A model generated the notes under the pieces. That model was given only the letters and a program-made list of their open reading frames with translations. It searched no databases and was not told the DNA's origin. The position numbers were made by a program, and so were the translations under genes. From NCBI RefSeq assembly GCF_041913365.1, contig NZ_JAYSFM010000004.1, positions 34,348 to 98,347 on the forward strand: a stretch of DNA of 64,000 nucleotides, given 5' to 3'. Positions 37,802-46,533 of this stretch are shown one piece after another. Origin of the DNA: Nocardioides sp. GTDB lineage: Bacteria > Actinomycetota > Actinomycetes > Propionibacteriales > Nocardioidaceae. Each line of letters starts with the position of its first letter. Position 1 is the stretch's first letter.

Positions 37802-40699
37802 TCATCCCGCCGCTGTCCCGGCGATCGCCCGGGACAGCGGCACGTGCTCGCGGGCATCAGCTGCAGCCCGCTTGAGCAGCCTCGCCGCCACCGTGCCCTG
37901 CCGCTCGCGCAGGGCGCACTGCGCGGCCCGCCACCTGGCGTACCCCGCGTTGTGTGGGCGGCCGAGCCCGTCCCAGCCGGCCGCGGCTTGCACCCAGGCG
38001 TCGACGGTCGCCCGGTCCTCGCACCTGGCGAGTTCTGCCTCGAAGGCCGCACGGTGGGCGCCGAGGTTGTGGTCACCGGCATGGTCGCTCAGGAGGCCGG
38101 CCTTGTCGGCCAGGGCGCGTAGTGCCTCGCGGTCCCGACCTGCTCGATCGGCACCGGTCTCCGACCCGGCCTGGTGGGCGACGCAACGGGCCGCGACCAC
38201 CAGGGCCGGCGCGACCACTCGGATCGGCGTACCTCCCGCGACGAGGTCGAGGGCGCGGAGCAGGCGGGTCCTCGCCGGCTCCGGCTCATCGGCCCAGCAG
38301 CCGACGGACCCTGCGGTGACCAGGAGTTCGAGGTCCGTCTCGAGGTTGCCGGCCACCGTCGCCCAGATCGCGGCCAGCCGATCCTGGGCAGCCTGGTGGG
38401 CCCCTCGCGCCGAGTCGACTGCCGCGCGCAACCCGTGCAGGTGGAAGCGACCGACGTCGACTGGCTCGCTGCGGCCGATGCCGATCTCGTCCTCCGCCGC
38501 GTCGATCCGTCCAGCGCGCAGGAGCGCGATGGCCAGGTTGATGTGCAGGATGGCCACTTGCGGGTTGGCGATGCCGTGCTCGTCCGCCACCGCGAAGCCC
38601 CCGTGGGCCAGGTCGGCGACAGCGGCGAGTGGACGGCCGTTGATGAGGAGGACGTCTGTGGCGGCGACCGCCTGGCGGAGGTCGCCCAGCGGGTCGAGCG
38701 ACAGGCCGGCGCGCTGCTTCGACCCGGCGAGCATGCGCACTGCCTCGTCCGTCCTGCCTTCCACACCTGCGTGCCAGGCGGCATCCATCACGCAGTCGCG
38801 CAGCACGATGCGGTCACCCAGCGCTTCCGCCGCCGCGAGCTTGGCCTGAAGGGCGTCGCGCGCCTCGTCGAAGCGCCCGGCGGCCTCGAGGAGGTTGACC
38901 CTCCAGTCCAGTGCGTGCAGCGTCCCGGAGCACAGGGGGACGTGCTCGAAGAGCCGGAGGGACTCGTCGATCAGTGCACGAGCGACCGAAGCCCCCTCGC
39001 GCTGGCCGCGGAACTCGGCCGCACGCCACAGGAGCTCGGCCCGGACCGCGTCATCGACGTCGCCGAGGACGTCACCCGCCTGGTCACTCATCGCCGCCGC
39101 TCGATCCCACTGGAGCGAGAACCTCAGGCCGTCCATCGCCTCCAGGTACGCACCGGCACGGGTGATCGGGGGATCGACGTCGGGCGACGCATCGTCGGGC
39201 CACACCTCCAGCGCGCGCAGCCAGTGCTCCGCCTCCCGGCCGCGGTCGTAGCGCCGGGCGGCGGCCCGGGCGGCCGAGATCCGCCACTGGAGCTCGGGTT
39301 CGGGCAGGCCGGCCCGTTGGAAGTGCTCAGCCACCTCCGCCGGCTCGGCGTCGGGAGTCGCAGCCAGAGCCTGGCCAACGGCCCGGTGCACCGCCTGGTC
39401 CTCCCCGGCCACGAGCCGCTGCTGGACTGCCTCGGCGAGCAACGGGTGCTGGAGCTCGATGGCCTCACCGACGCGCCGGAGCAGGAGTCGCTCCCTCAGC
39501 TCGCGCACGCGGCGGGTGAGGGTGTCGGCGTCGACGCCGACCGCCTCCGCAAGGACCGCGGGACGAACGGGCCTGGCTGCGGCCCCCAGGACGCGGAGCA
39601 CCGACCACGACTCCTCGCTGGTGCCGGCGAGGCGCCGGTCGAGCAGGTCGAGCAGGAGGCTCGGCAGGCCGTCGCCCTCGTCCAGCTGGACGGCCAGCTG
39701 TTCGGTGAACAGCGGCTGGCCACGGCTTCGCGCGTGGATCGTGTCGATCGTCTCGACCTCGACCGTGCCGAGGAGGGCGAGCTGGTCGGCGGTCTCGTCG
39801 CGGCTGAGTGGACCGAGCTCCATCACCGAGGCGGCCGGCAGGCGGCGTCGTACCCGGACCAGCCACTCCTCGCTCGCGACTGGTGTGCCCGGGTCGCCAC
39901 GTCGCCAGGTCCCGACCACGGGGACCGAGACGGAGCGACCAAGGAGGTACTCGACGAGGTCCAACGTCATGGGATCGGCCCAGTGGAGGTCCTCGATCTG
40001 GAGTGCGAGGGGCCGGTCCTCGCATAGCGCCTCGACCACGGCTGCCACCGCGGCGAAGAGGAGGCCCTGGTCACCCGTGCGGCCGGGAAGATCGGACGAG
40101 GACTGGATCTCCGGTAGGAGCGCCGACACCGAAGCCGTGACGTACGGCGCACAACGGCCCAGGGCGTCGCGGAGCCAGGCGCCGTCGCGCGCACCATGGA
40201 CTGCCCGCAGCACGTCCGCGACGGGCAGCAACGGGATCACGGTCGACAGCGGCAGGCACTGCCCACCCGCGACGAAAGCCTCGGTCGACGCGGCCGCGGC
40301 CTCGATCAGGGTGGTCTTGCCGATGCCCGCTTCGCCGGTGACGAGGAGGAGGCCGGTGCCGGTCTCGAGGTGGTGTCGTACGACGTCGAGCTCGGCGCGG
40401 CGGCCGGCGATGCGGGGTGCGGTGGGACGGTCGCCGTTGGTGGGGGTGGTGGCGGCGAGCCAGAGGTCGTGGAAGGTGGTGGTGTCTCCGTCCATGGCCT
40501 CGACGAGGAGCTCGAGGGTGCCCCAGGCGGGGAGCGCCGGGCGGGAGAAGGTCTTGGAGACGGTGGTGTGGGAGACGCCGGTCTCGCGTGCGAGGGTGCG
40601 GAGGGAGGGCCAGCCGGCCTGGTGGTGGAGGTCGTGCAGGGCGTCGTTGAGCGTCCGGACGGGTCCGGGCGCGAGGTCGGGGCGGGGGAGGGCGCCCAT
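37802..40699 (-). CDS. HTH-STAND regulator 2 (965 aa): XRE-like HTH, AAA/LAL-type NTPase, helical sensor region, no LuxR domain
   Basis: LRTLARETGVSHTTVSK HTH; GEAGIGKTT Walker A; IEDLHWAD Walker B; TGATG overlap with the upstream paralog. Confidence 0.88.
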   Translation of the reverse strand: MGALPRPDLAPGPVRTLNDALHDLHHQAGWPSLRTLARETGVSHTTVSKTFSRPALPAWGTLELLVEAMDGDTTTFHDLWLAATTPTNGDRPTAPRIAGRRAELDVVRHHLETGTGLLLVTGEAGIGKTTLIEAAAASTEAFVAGGQCLPLSTVIPLLPVADVLRAVHGARDGAWLRDALGRCAPYVTASVSALLPEIQSSSDLPGRTGDQGLLFAAVAAVVEALCEDRPLALQIEDLHWADPMTLDLVEYLLGRSVSVPVVGTWRRGDPGTPVASEEWLVRVRRRLPAASVMELGPLSRDETADQLALLGTVEVETIDTIHARSRGQPLFTEQLAVQLDEGDGLPSLLLDLLDRRLAGTSEESWSVLRVLGAAARPVRPAVLAEAVGVDADTLTRRVRELRERLLLRRVGEAIELQHPLLAEAVQQRLVAGEDQAVHRAVGQALAATPDAEPAEVAEHFQRAGLPEPELQWRISAARAAARRYDRGREAEHWLRALEVWPDDASPDVDPPITRAGAYLEAMDGLRFSLQWDRAAAMSDQAGDVLGDVDDAVRAELLWRAAEFRGQREGASVARALIDESLRLFEHVPLCSGTLHALDWRVNLLEAAGRFDEARDALQAKLAAAEALGDRIVLRDCVMDAAWHAGVEGRTDEAVRMLAGSKQRAGLSLDPLGDLRQAVAATDVLLINGRPLAAVADLAHGGFAVADEHGIANPQVAILHINLAIALLRAGRIDAAEDEIGIGRSEPVDVGRFHLHGLRAAVDSARGAHQAAQDRLAAIWATVAGNLETDLELLVTAGSVGCWADEPEPARTRLLRALDLVAGGTPIRVVAPALVVAARCVAHQAGSETGADRAGRDREALRALADKAGLLSDHAGDHNLGAHRAAFEAELARCEDRATVDAWVQAAAGWDGLGRPHNAGYARWRAAQCALRERQGTVAARLLKRAAADAREHVPLSRAIAGTAAG

Positions 40700-43593
40700 C
40701 ACGCGCCTGCCGCGGTGCGGGTGATGGCTTGGGTGAGCGGGACGTGCTCGCGCGCGTCTGCTGCGGCTCGCTTGAGCAACCGCGCGGCGACCGTGCCGCG
40801 ACCCTCGCGCAGGGCGCACTGCGCCGCGCGCCATCGGGCGTACGCCGCGTCGTGCGGGCGGTCCAGGGCGTCCCATCGCGCGGCCACGTCCGCCCAGAGG
40901 GCTGCAGTGGCGGTGCCGTCGTGCCGGGCCAGCTCGGCGCTCACGGCGCAGCGGTGCGCTGCCACGCACGGATCGTCCGACGGCCCCGCGGAGCCGATGC
41001 CGCACCGCTCGGCCAGCTCCAGCACGACCTCCCGGTAGGGGGAGCGTCCGCGGGTCGGGTCCGCCCCGCTGGCGATGGAGCGAGCGGCCCCCACGACGGC
41101 GCGGAAGAGCATCCGGGGCGACGCGCCACCGTCGAGGTTCACCTGGATGCAGTGGAGGATCTGGTCGATCAGCCGGGTCGGCGTCCCGGTCCAGTAGTCC
41201 ATGTCCACGAGCTCGCCCAGGAAGTCCGACTGGACCGAGTCGGGGGCGCCCACGACGCGTCGTACCTCCTCGAAGCGCGCCGCACCCTCGATCACCCGCC
41301 CGGAGATAACGTCGATCTCGGCGCGGAGGAAGTGCAGCACCCAGTGGTCGTAGTCCGGCGGGTCGTCGGGGCCGACCCCCAGCAGTGCCGTCGCGCGGGC
41401 GACCTGTCCGGCCCGCAGCATCGCCTCCACGACGTTCCCGCGCAGGAACATCACCATCTCGCTGTCCACCCCGAGCGACGTCGCGGCCTCGAACGCGGGC
41501 CGGGCCACGGCCTCGATCTCGTCAACGGTGGCGCAATTCTTGAGGAGCACGTCCGTAGCCATCACCGCCTGCCGGATGTCGCCCAGCGGGTCCGTGCCGT
41601 CCGGGGTCAGCGCCGCCGCCTGTCGCAACAGCTCGAAGCATCCGGCCACGTCCCCGTCGGTGCCGTGCGGACCGGCCAACGTCGTGCGGTGGTACCTCTG
41701 GAGGCGTGCGTCGCCGATCCGGGCGGAGACCTCCGCCGCCTCGCGGACGTGGACGAGCGCCTCGTCGAACCGTCCCAGGTCCTCCAGCAGCAGCCGCTTC
41801 CGGTTGAGCGCACGGACGAGGCCGGGTCCTTCGGGCAGGAGCCGGTGGATCTCGAGCGCCTGGTCGATCAGGGCCAGGCCGACCGACACGCCCTCCTGCT
41901 CGCCGCGGAACGCCGCCGCGCGCAGGAGCACCTCGACGCGCACCTCCTCCGGCGCGGTGGCGAAGCGGTGCTCCGCCTCGGCGCTCAGGGCCGCGCCCCG
42001 GTCCCACTGGAACGACTCGTCGAGGGCATCGATCGCCGCGAGGTAGGCGTCCGACAACCGGGTGGGTGGCTCACCCACGCTGTCGAGCCCGTCGGGCCAG
42101 ATCTCCAGGACCCGCAGCCACTGCTCGGCTTCCTGGCTCCAGTCGAACCGCCTCGCCGACTCCAGCGCGGCCGCGACGCGCCAGGGCAGCTCCTCCCCGG
42201 GTTCGGTGGCTCGCTGCCAGTGCAGGGCGACCTCGGCCGGCTCGGGTGCGGGGCTGTTCGCAAGGGCCCGGGCCAGGCGACGGTGCACCTCGCGACCCTC
42301 GCCCGGCACGAGCCGGCGCCGCGCGGCTTCGGCCAGCAGGGGGTGGTCGAGCACGGCGTTGTCGGCGTCGTCGCCACGGCCGAGCAGGCGCAGGGCGCGC
42401 AGCGACCGCATCGCCTCCGCCAGCTCGTCCACCTCGAGCCCAGCGATGGTCCCCACCACGGTGGCGGGCAGTGGTCGGTCGGCAACGCCGAGCGCGCGGA
42501 CCACGCGCCACGGCGCCGGGTCGAGGCCCTCGAGCCGCGCGTCGAGCAGGTCGGAGAGGGCGTGGGGCAGCCCGGCCTCGGGCAGGTGGGCGGCGAGGTG
42601 CGTCGTGAACAGCGGGTGCCCGCGGCTCCGCGAGAAGACGGCCTCGACGTCGGCCACGGTGCCGAGCCCGACGAGCTGCGCCTCGGTCTCCTCGCGGGTC
42701 AGCGGGCCGAGGCGCACAGTCGAGCTGGCCGGCGCCCGCTCGACGCGCGCACGCCACTGGGTGCTGACGGCCGGCGTGCCGGGGTCGCCGTCCCGCCAGG
42801 TCCCCACGAAGGCGAGGTCCCCGTCCGCGGCCGACAGCGCCATGTGCTCGAGGAGGTCCAGCGTGACGGTGTCCGCCCAGTGCAGGTCCTCGAGCACCAC
42901 CGCCACGCGACCGTCGCGCGCCAGCGCAGCCAGCGCCGCTCCCACGGCGGTGAACAGGTGCTGGCGCCCCAAGGAGTCGTCCGCCGCGGTGGCGGTCCCG
43001 AGCTCGGGCACGAGCCTCGCCAGCTCCACGGCCACGAACGCCGGGCAGGAGGCGAGGGCTGTGGCCAGCCGGCGCCCGTCGTCCTGCGCCAGCGCATCGC
43101 GCAGCGCGTCGCACACCGGCATCAACGGCACGTCGATCGACAGCGGCAGGCACCGACCAGCCAGCACGAGCGCGTCCGGGGACGCCGTCGCCGCCTGCAC
43201 GAGCGTGGTCTTGCCCATCCCCGCCTCGCCGGTCACGAGCAGCAGGCCCCTGCCGTGTGCCAGGTGGCGGCGTACGACGTCGAGCTCGGCGCGGCGGCCG
43301 GCGATGCCCGGACCGGGTGCCGGGCCGCTGCCGTTGGTCGGGGAGGAGGCGGCGAGCCACAGGTCGTGGAAGGTGCCGACGTCGCCGCCCAGCGCTTCGA
43401 CGAGGAGCTCGAGCGTGCCCCACCCCGGCAGCGCGCCCGAGGAGAAGACCTTCGAGACGGTGGTGTGGGAGACCCCCGTCTCCCTGGCGAGCGTGCGCAG
43501 CGAGGGCCAGCCGGCGCGGTGGTGGAGGTCGTGGAGGGCGTCGTTGAGCGTCCGAGCCGGACCCGCGACGTCGGGTCGGGGAAGTGCGCTCAT
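40699..43593 (-). CDS. HTH-STAND regulator 1 (964 aa), paralog of the downstream gene
   Basis: Same HTH; GEAGMGKTT; LEDLHWAD; GGAGGG RBS before ATG43593. Confidence 0.88.
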   Translation of the reverse strand: MSALPRPDVAGPARTLNDALHDLHHRAGWPSLRTLARETGVSHTTVSKVFSSGALPGWGTLELLVEALGGDVGTFHDLWLAASSPTNGSGPAPGPGIAGRRAELDVVRRHLAHGRGLLLVTGEAGMGKTTLVQAATASPDALVLAGRCLPLSIDVPLMPVCDALRDALAQDDGRRLATALASCPAFVAVELARLVPELGTATAADDSLGRQHLFTAVGAALAALARDGRVAVVLEDLHWADTVTLDLLEHMALSAADGDLAFVGTWRDGDPGTPAVSTQWRARVERAPASSTVRLGPLTREETEAQLVGLGTVADVEAVFSRSRGHPLFTTHLAAHLPEAGLPHALSDLLDARLEGLDPAPWRVVRALGVADRPLPATVVGTIAGLEVDELAEAMRSLRALRLLGRGDDADNAVLDHPLLAEAARRRLVPGEGREVHRRLARALANSPAPEPAEVALHWQRATEPGEELPWRVAAALESARRFDWSQEAEQWLRVLEIWPDGLDSVGEPPTRLSDAYLAAIDALDESFQWDRGAALSAEAEHRFATAPEEVRVEVLLRAAAFRGEQEGVSVGLALIDQALEIHRLLPEGPGLVRALNRKRLLLEDLGRFDEALVHVREAAEVSARIGDARLQRYHRTTLAGPHGTDGDVAGCFELLRQAAALTPDGTDPLGDIRQAVMATDVLLKNCATVDEIEAVARPAFEAATSLGVDSEMVMFLRGNVVEAMLRAGQVARATALLGVGPDDPPDYDHWVLHFLRAEIDVISGRVIEGAARFEEVRRVVGAPDSVQSDFLGELVDMDYWTGTPTRLIDQILHCIQVNLDGGASPRMLFRAVVGAARSIASGADPTRGRSPYREVVLELAERCGIGSAGPSDDPCVAAHRCAVSAELARHDGTATAALWADVAARWDALDRPHDAAYARWRAAQCALREGRGTVAARLLKRAAADAREHVPLTQAITRTAAGA

Positions 43594-43672
43594 GGGGCCC
43601 TCCAACCACCCATTCCTCAGGTCGAGGATCCTCCCGCCGGCGACGCTCCGGCAACCCGATTCCGTCTCTGCT

Positions 43673-43721
43673 GTCAACGATCGTCAACACGCGTCAACCC
43701 GCCTCCGCGCGGATCGAGGGT
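43673..43721 (+). promoter_or_regulatory. Triple GTCAAC box (10-bp period) plus -10-like GAGGGT, upstream of lipoprotein B
   Basis: GTCAAC at 43673, 43683, 43693; 17 nt then GAGGGT. Confidence 0.8.
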
Positions 43722-43768
43722 GGTGCCCATCGCCGGACCCGAACCGGCCCACCCGAAGGAGCACTGCC

Positions 43769-44059
43769 ATGTCCACCACATCCATCACCACCGTGCGGCG
43801 AGGCTTCGCAGCCGCAGCTGCCACCGTCGCCCTCGTGACACTCGCTGCGTGTGGCACCGAGGTCGCACCACCGAAGAACGACATCGGAGGAGCGGGCCCC
43901 AAGGAGCCCCTCCCCACCTTCACGCTGGAGGACTGCCTCAACCCCGGGAAGCAGCCCCCCGTCACCACCTGCCCCTACCCGGTCCAGTCCGGTGACGAGA
44001 TCGCCGGCACCCTCAACCGGCTGCAGTACGACGACGAGTACGGACGCCCCGGCCGCTGA
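43769..44059 (+). CDS. Small lipoprotein B (96 aa), paralog of lipoprotein A
   Basis: RRGFAAAAATVALVTLAA-C-GTEVAPPKNDIGG; GAAGGAG RBS; hidden at the end of the track ORF 42062..44059. Confidence 0.85.
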   Translation: MSTTSITTVRRGFAAAAATVALVTLAACGTEVAPPKNDIGGAGPKEPLPTFTLEDCLNPGKQPPVTTCPYPVQSGDEIAGTLNRLQYDDEYGRPGR

Positions 44060-44075
44060 GACCTCCCTCGGGGGT

Positions 44076-44104
44076 GGGCGCGGCGGCATGGAGCCGTCGC
44101 GCCC
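44076..44104 (+). terminator. Hairpin after lipoprotein B
   Basis: 12-bp stem GGGCGCGGCGGC/GCCGTCGCGCCC (one G-U). Confidence 0.5.
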
Positions 44105-44160
44105 GCCGGTCCTGACGCCCGTCACGGGTCAGGATCGCGGCGGCTCGCTAGGCTGACGCC

Positions 44161-44805
44161 ATGGGGGAGATCGAGAACCGCCCGCACGACCCGTCGCAGA
44201 TGCGCATCTCCGACGCCGACCGCCAGCGCGTGGCCGACGTGCTGCGCGATGCGGCCGGCGAGGGGCGGCTTGACCTCGACGAGCTGGAGGAGCGGCTCGA
44301 GCTGACCTTCCAGGCCAAGACCTACGGCGAGCTGGTGCCGATCACCCTGGACCTCCAGGCGACGGGCCCGGTCACCCCGCCGGCGCACGCGCCCGTGCGT
44401 CGGGCGTCCCACCTCCCCGCGGTCGGACACAACTCCTCGACCGCGATCATGAGCGAGTGCAAGCGCCAGGGCGTCTGGGCCGTCCCGGCGCACCACAGCG
44501 CCTTCGCCCTCATGGGCAGCGTGCTGATCGACCTCCGCCAGGCCCAGCTGTCCGGCCACGAGACCCAGATCAACGCCAGCGCGATCATGGGCGAGGTCAA
44601 GGTCATCGTCCCGGCCGACATGCACGTCGTGGTCGACGGGACGCCGATCATGGGCGAGTACAACCAGGCCAAGGACAAGGTCCCGGCCGAGCTGCGCCCG
44701 GACTCGCCGACCGTGCGGATCCGCGGCATGGCCCTCATGGGATCGGTGACGGTCCAGCGCCAGCCCCCGCCCGGCACGCCGAAGAAGATCATCGGCACCT
44801 ACTGA
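44161..44805 (+). CDS. DUF1707 (SHOCT-like) plus LiaF/DUF2154-like domain protein
   Basis: MRISDADRQRVADVLRDAAGEGRLDLDELEERLE; MGSVLIDLR; leaderless TAGGCT-6nt-ATG. Confidence 0.88.
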   Translation: MGEIENRPHDPSQMRISDADRQRVADVLRDAAGEGRLDLDELEERLELTFQAKTYGELVPITLDLQATGPVTPPAHAPVRRASHLPAVGHNSSTAIMSECKRQGVWAVPAHHSAFALMGSVLIDLRQAQLSGHETQINASAIMGEVKVIVPADMHVVVDGTPIMGEYNQAKDKVPAELRPDSPTVRIRGMALMGSVTVQRQPPPGTPKKIIGTY

Positions 44806-44817
44806 GGGGCGCCGCCC

Positions 44818-46533
44818 TCAGGTCGTACGCCGCAGGACCAGCGCCTGCCACGGCTCGAGCCGGCCGTGCCAGGTCCCGGCGCCGTCCTCCACGTTGTCCA
44901 GCAGCACCTCGGCGTCGGCCCACCGAGCGGCATCGAGCTCGGGGTGCACCGGCTCGCTGCTGAAGTTCGCCAGGACGAGCAGCTCGACGCCGTCCAGCGA
45001 GCGGGTGAAGGCGTAGACGACCTCGTCCTCGGGCAGCAGCATGGTGAAGTCGCCCAGGGCCACGACCGGTTCGTCGTGGCGCAGCTCGATCAGCCGCCGG
45101 TAGTGGTGGAACACCGAGTCCTCGTCGGCGGTCGCGGCCTCCGCGTTGACCTCGGTGTGGTTCGGGTTGACCGGGAGCCACGGGTCGCCCGTCGTGAAAC
45201 CGGCGTGGGGCGAGGCGTCCCACTGCATCGGGGTGCGGGCGTTGTCCCGGCCGCGCGAGCGCAGCGACCTCAGCACGTCCTCGGGGTCGGCGCCCTGGGC
45301 GACGGCCTCGCGGAAGTGGTTCAGCGACTCGATGTCCCGGAAGTCGTCGATGGCGCCGAACGGGTGGTTCGTCATCCCGAGCTCCTCGCCCTGGTAGACG
45401 TACGGCGTGCCGCGGTGCAGGTGCAGGACGGTGCCGAGGAGCTTCGCCGAGCGCACCCGCCAAGCCCCGTCGTCGCCGAACCGGGACACCGCGCGCGGCT
45501 GGTCGTGGTTGTTCCAGTAGAGCGAGTTCCACCCGACGTCGGCCAGACCGACCTGCCAGCGACCGAGGACGGCCTTGAGTGCTGTCAGCCGCAGCGGGAT
45601 GAGGTCCCACTTGGTCTGGGCGTGGTCGACCCCCACGTGCTCGAAGGTGAAGACCATGTCCAGCTCGCGGCGAGCGGCGTCGGTGTAGAGCAGGCCGTCC
45701 TCGACCGTCGCGCCGGGCGTCTCGCCGACCGTGAGGATCTTCCGGTCGCGGCCCTCCATCACCTCCCGGTGCATCTCGGCGAGGAACTCGTGGATGCGGG
45801 GCCCGTTGACGAGGTACGGCGAGCTGTCGCCGAACGTGCCCGCGTGGACGATCCCGTCGGGCAGCGACGGGTCCTTCGAGATCAGGTTGACCACGTCCAT
45901 GCGGAAGCCGTCGACCCCGCGGTCGAGCCACCAGCGCATCATCGCGTAGACCGCCTCGCGGACCTCCGGGTTCTCCCAGTTGAGGTCCGGCTGCTTGCGG
46001 GAGAACACGTGCAGGAAGTACTCGCCGCTCGCCTCGTCGTACTCCCAGGCCGGACCGGAGAAGACGCTGGCCCAGTTGTTCGGCTCGGCGCCGGGCGTGC
46101 CGCCCTCCATGCCCGCGCGGGGCGGGCGCCACCAGTACCAGTCGCGCTTCGGGTTGTCGGTCGACGACCGCGACTCCTCGAACCACGCGTGCTCGTCGCT
46201 GGTGTGGTTGACGACGAGGTCCATCATCAGCCGCATCCCGCGCTCGTGCAGGGCGGCGATCAGGTCATCGACGTCGCCCAGGGTGCCGAAGGTCGGGTCG
46301 ATGTCCTGGTAGTCGCTGATGTCGTAGCCGTTGTCGTCCTGCGGCGAGCGGTAGACCGGGGACAGCCACACCACGTCGACGCCGAGCAGCTCGAGGTGAT
46401 CGAGCCGCTGGATCAGGCCCCTGAGGTCACCGATCCCGTCGCCGTCCGAGTCGGCGAAGCTGCGGGGGTAGACCTGGTAGACGACGGCGGTGCGCCACCA
46501 GTCAGGGTCCGGGTCCAGGACCGGGGACGTCAT
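44818..46533 (-). CDS. GH13 alpha-glucosidase/oligo-1,6-glucosidase
   Basis: WWRTAVVYQVYPRSFADS, DLVVNHTS, GFRMDVVN, TVGETPG, WNNHDQPR. Confidence 0.93.
   Translation of the reverse strand: MTSPVLDPDPDWWRTAVVYQVYPRSFADSDGDGIGDLRGLIQRLDHLELLGVDVVWLSPVYRSPQDDNGYDISDYQDIDPTFGTLGDVDDLIAALHERGMRLMMDLVVNHTSDEHAWFEESRSSTDNPKRDWYWWRPPRAGMEGGTPGAEPNNWASVFSGPAWEYDEASGEYFLHVFSRKQPDLNWENPEVREAVYAMMRWWLDRGVDGFRMDVVNLISKDPSLPDGIVHAGTFGDSSPYLVNGPRIHEFLAEMHREVMEGRDRKILTVGETPGATVEDGLLYTDAARRELDMVFTFEHVGVDHAQTKWDLIPLRLTALKAVLGRWQVGLADVGWNSLYWNNHDQPRAVSRFGDDGAWRVRSAKLLGTVLHLHRGTPYVYQGEELGMTNHPFGAIDDFRDIESLNHFREAVAQGADPEDVLRSLRSRGRDNARTPMQWDASPHAGFTTGDPWLPVNPNHTEVNAEAATADEDSVFHHYRRLIELRHDEPVVALGDFTMLLPEDEVVYAFTRSLDGVELLVLANFSSEPVHPELDAARWADAEVLLDNVEDGAGTWHGRLEPWQALVLRRTT

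Noticed and set aside
37802-43593. STAND pair as an Avs/NLR-like anti-phage system
   Set aside because: No nuclease, protease, SIR2, TIR or TM effector is visible. The only appended domain is an HTH and matching DNA boxes are adjacent, so a transcriptional role is better supported; an indirect defence role is not excluded.
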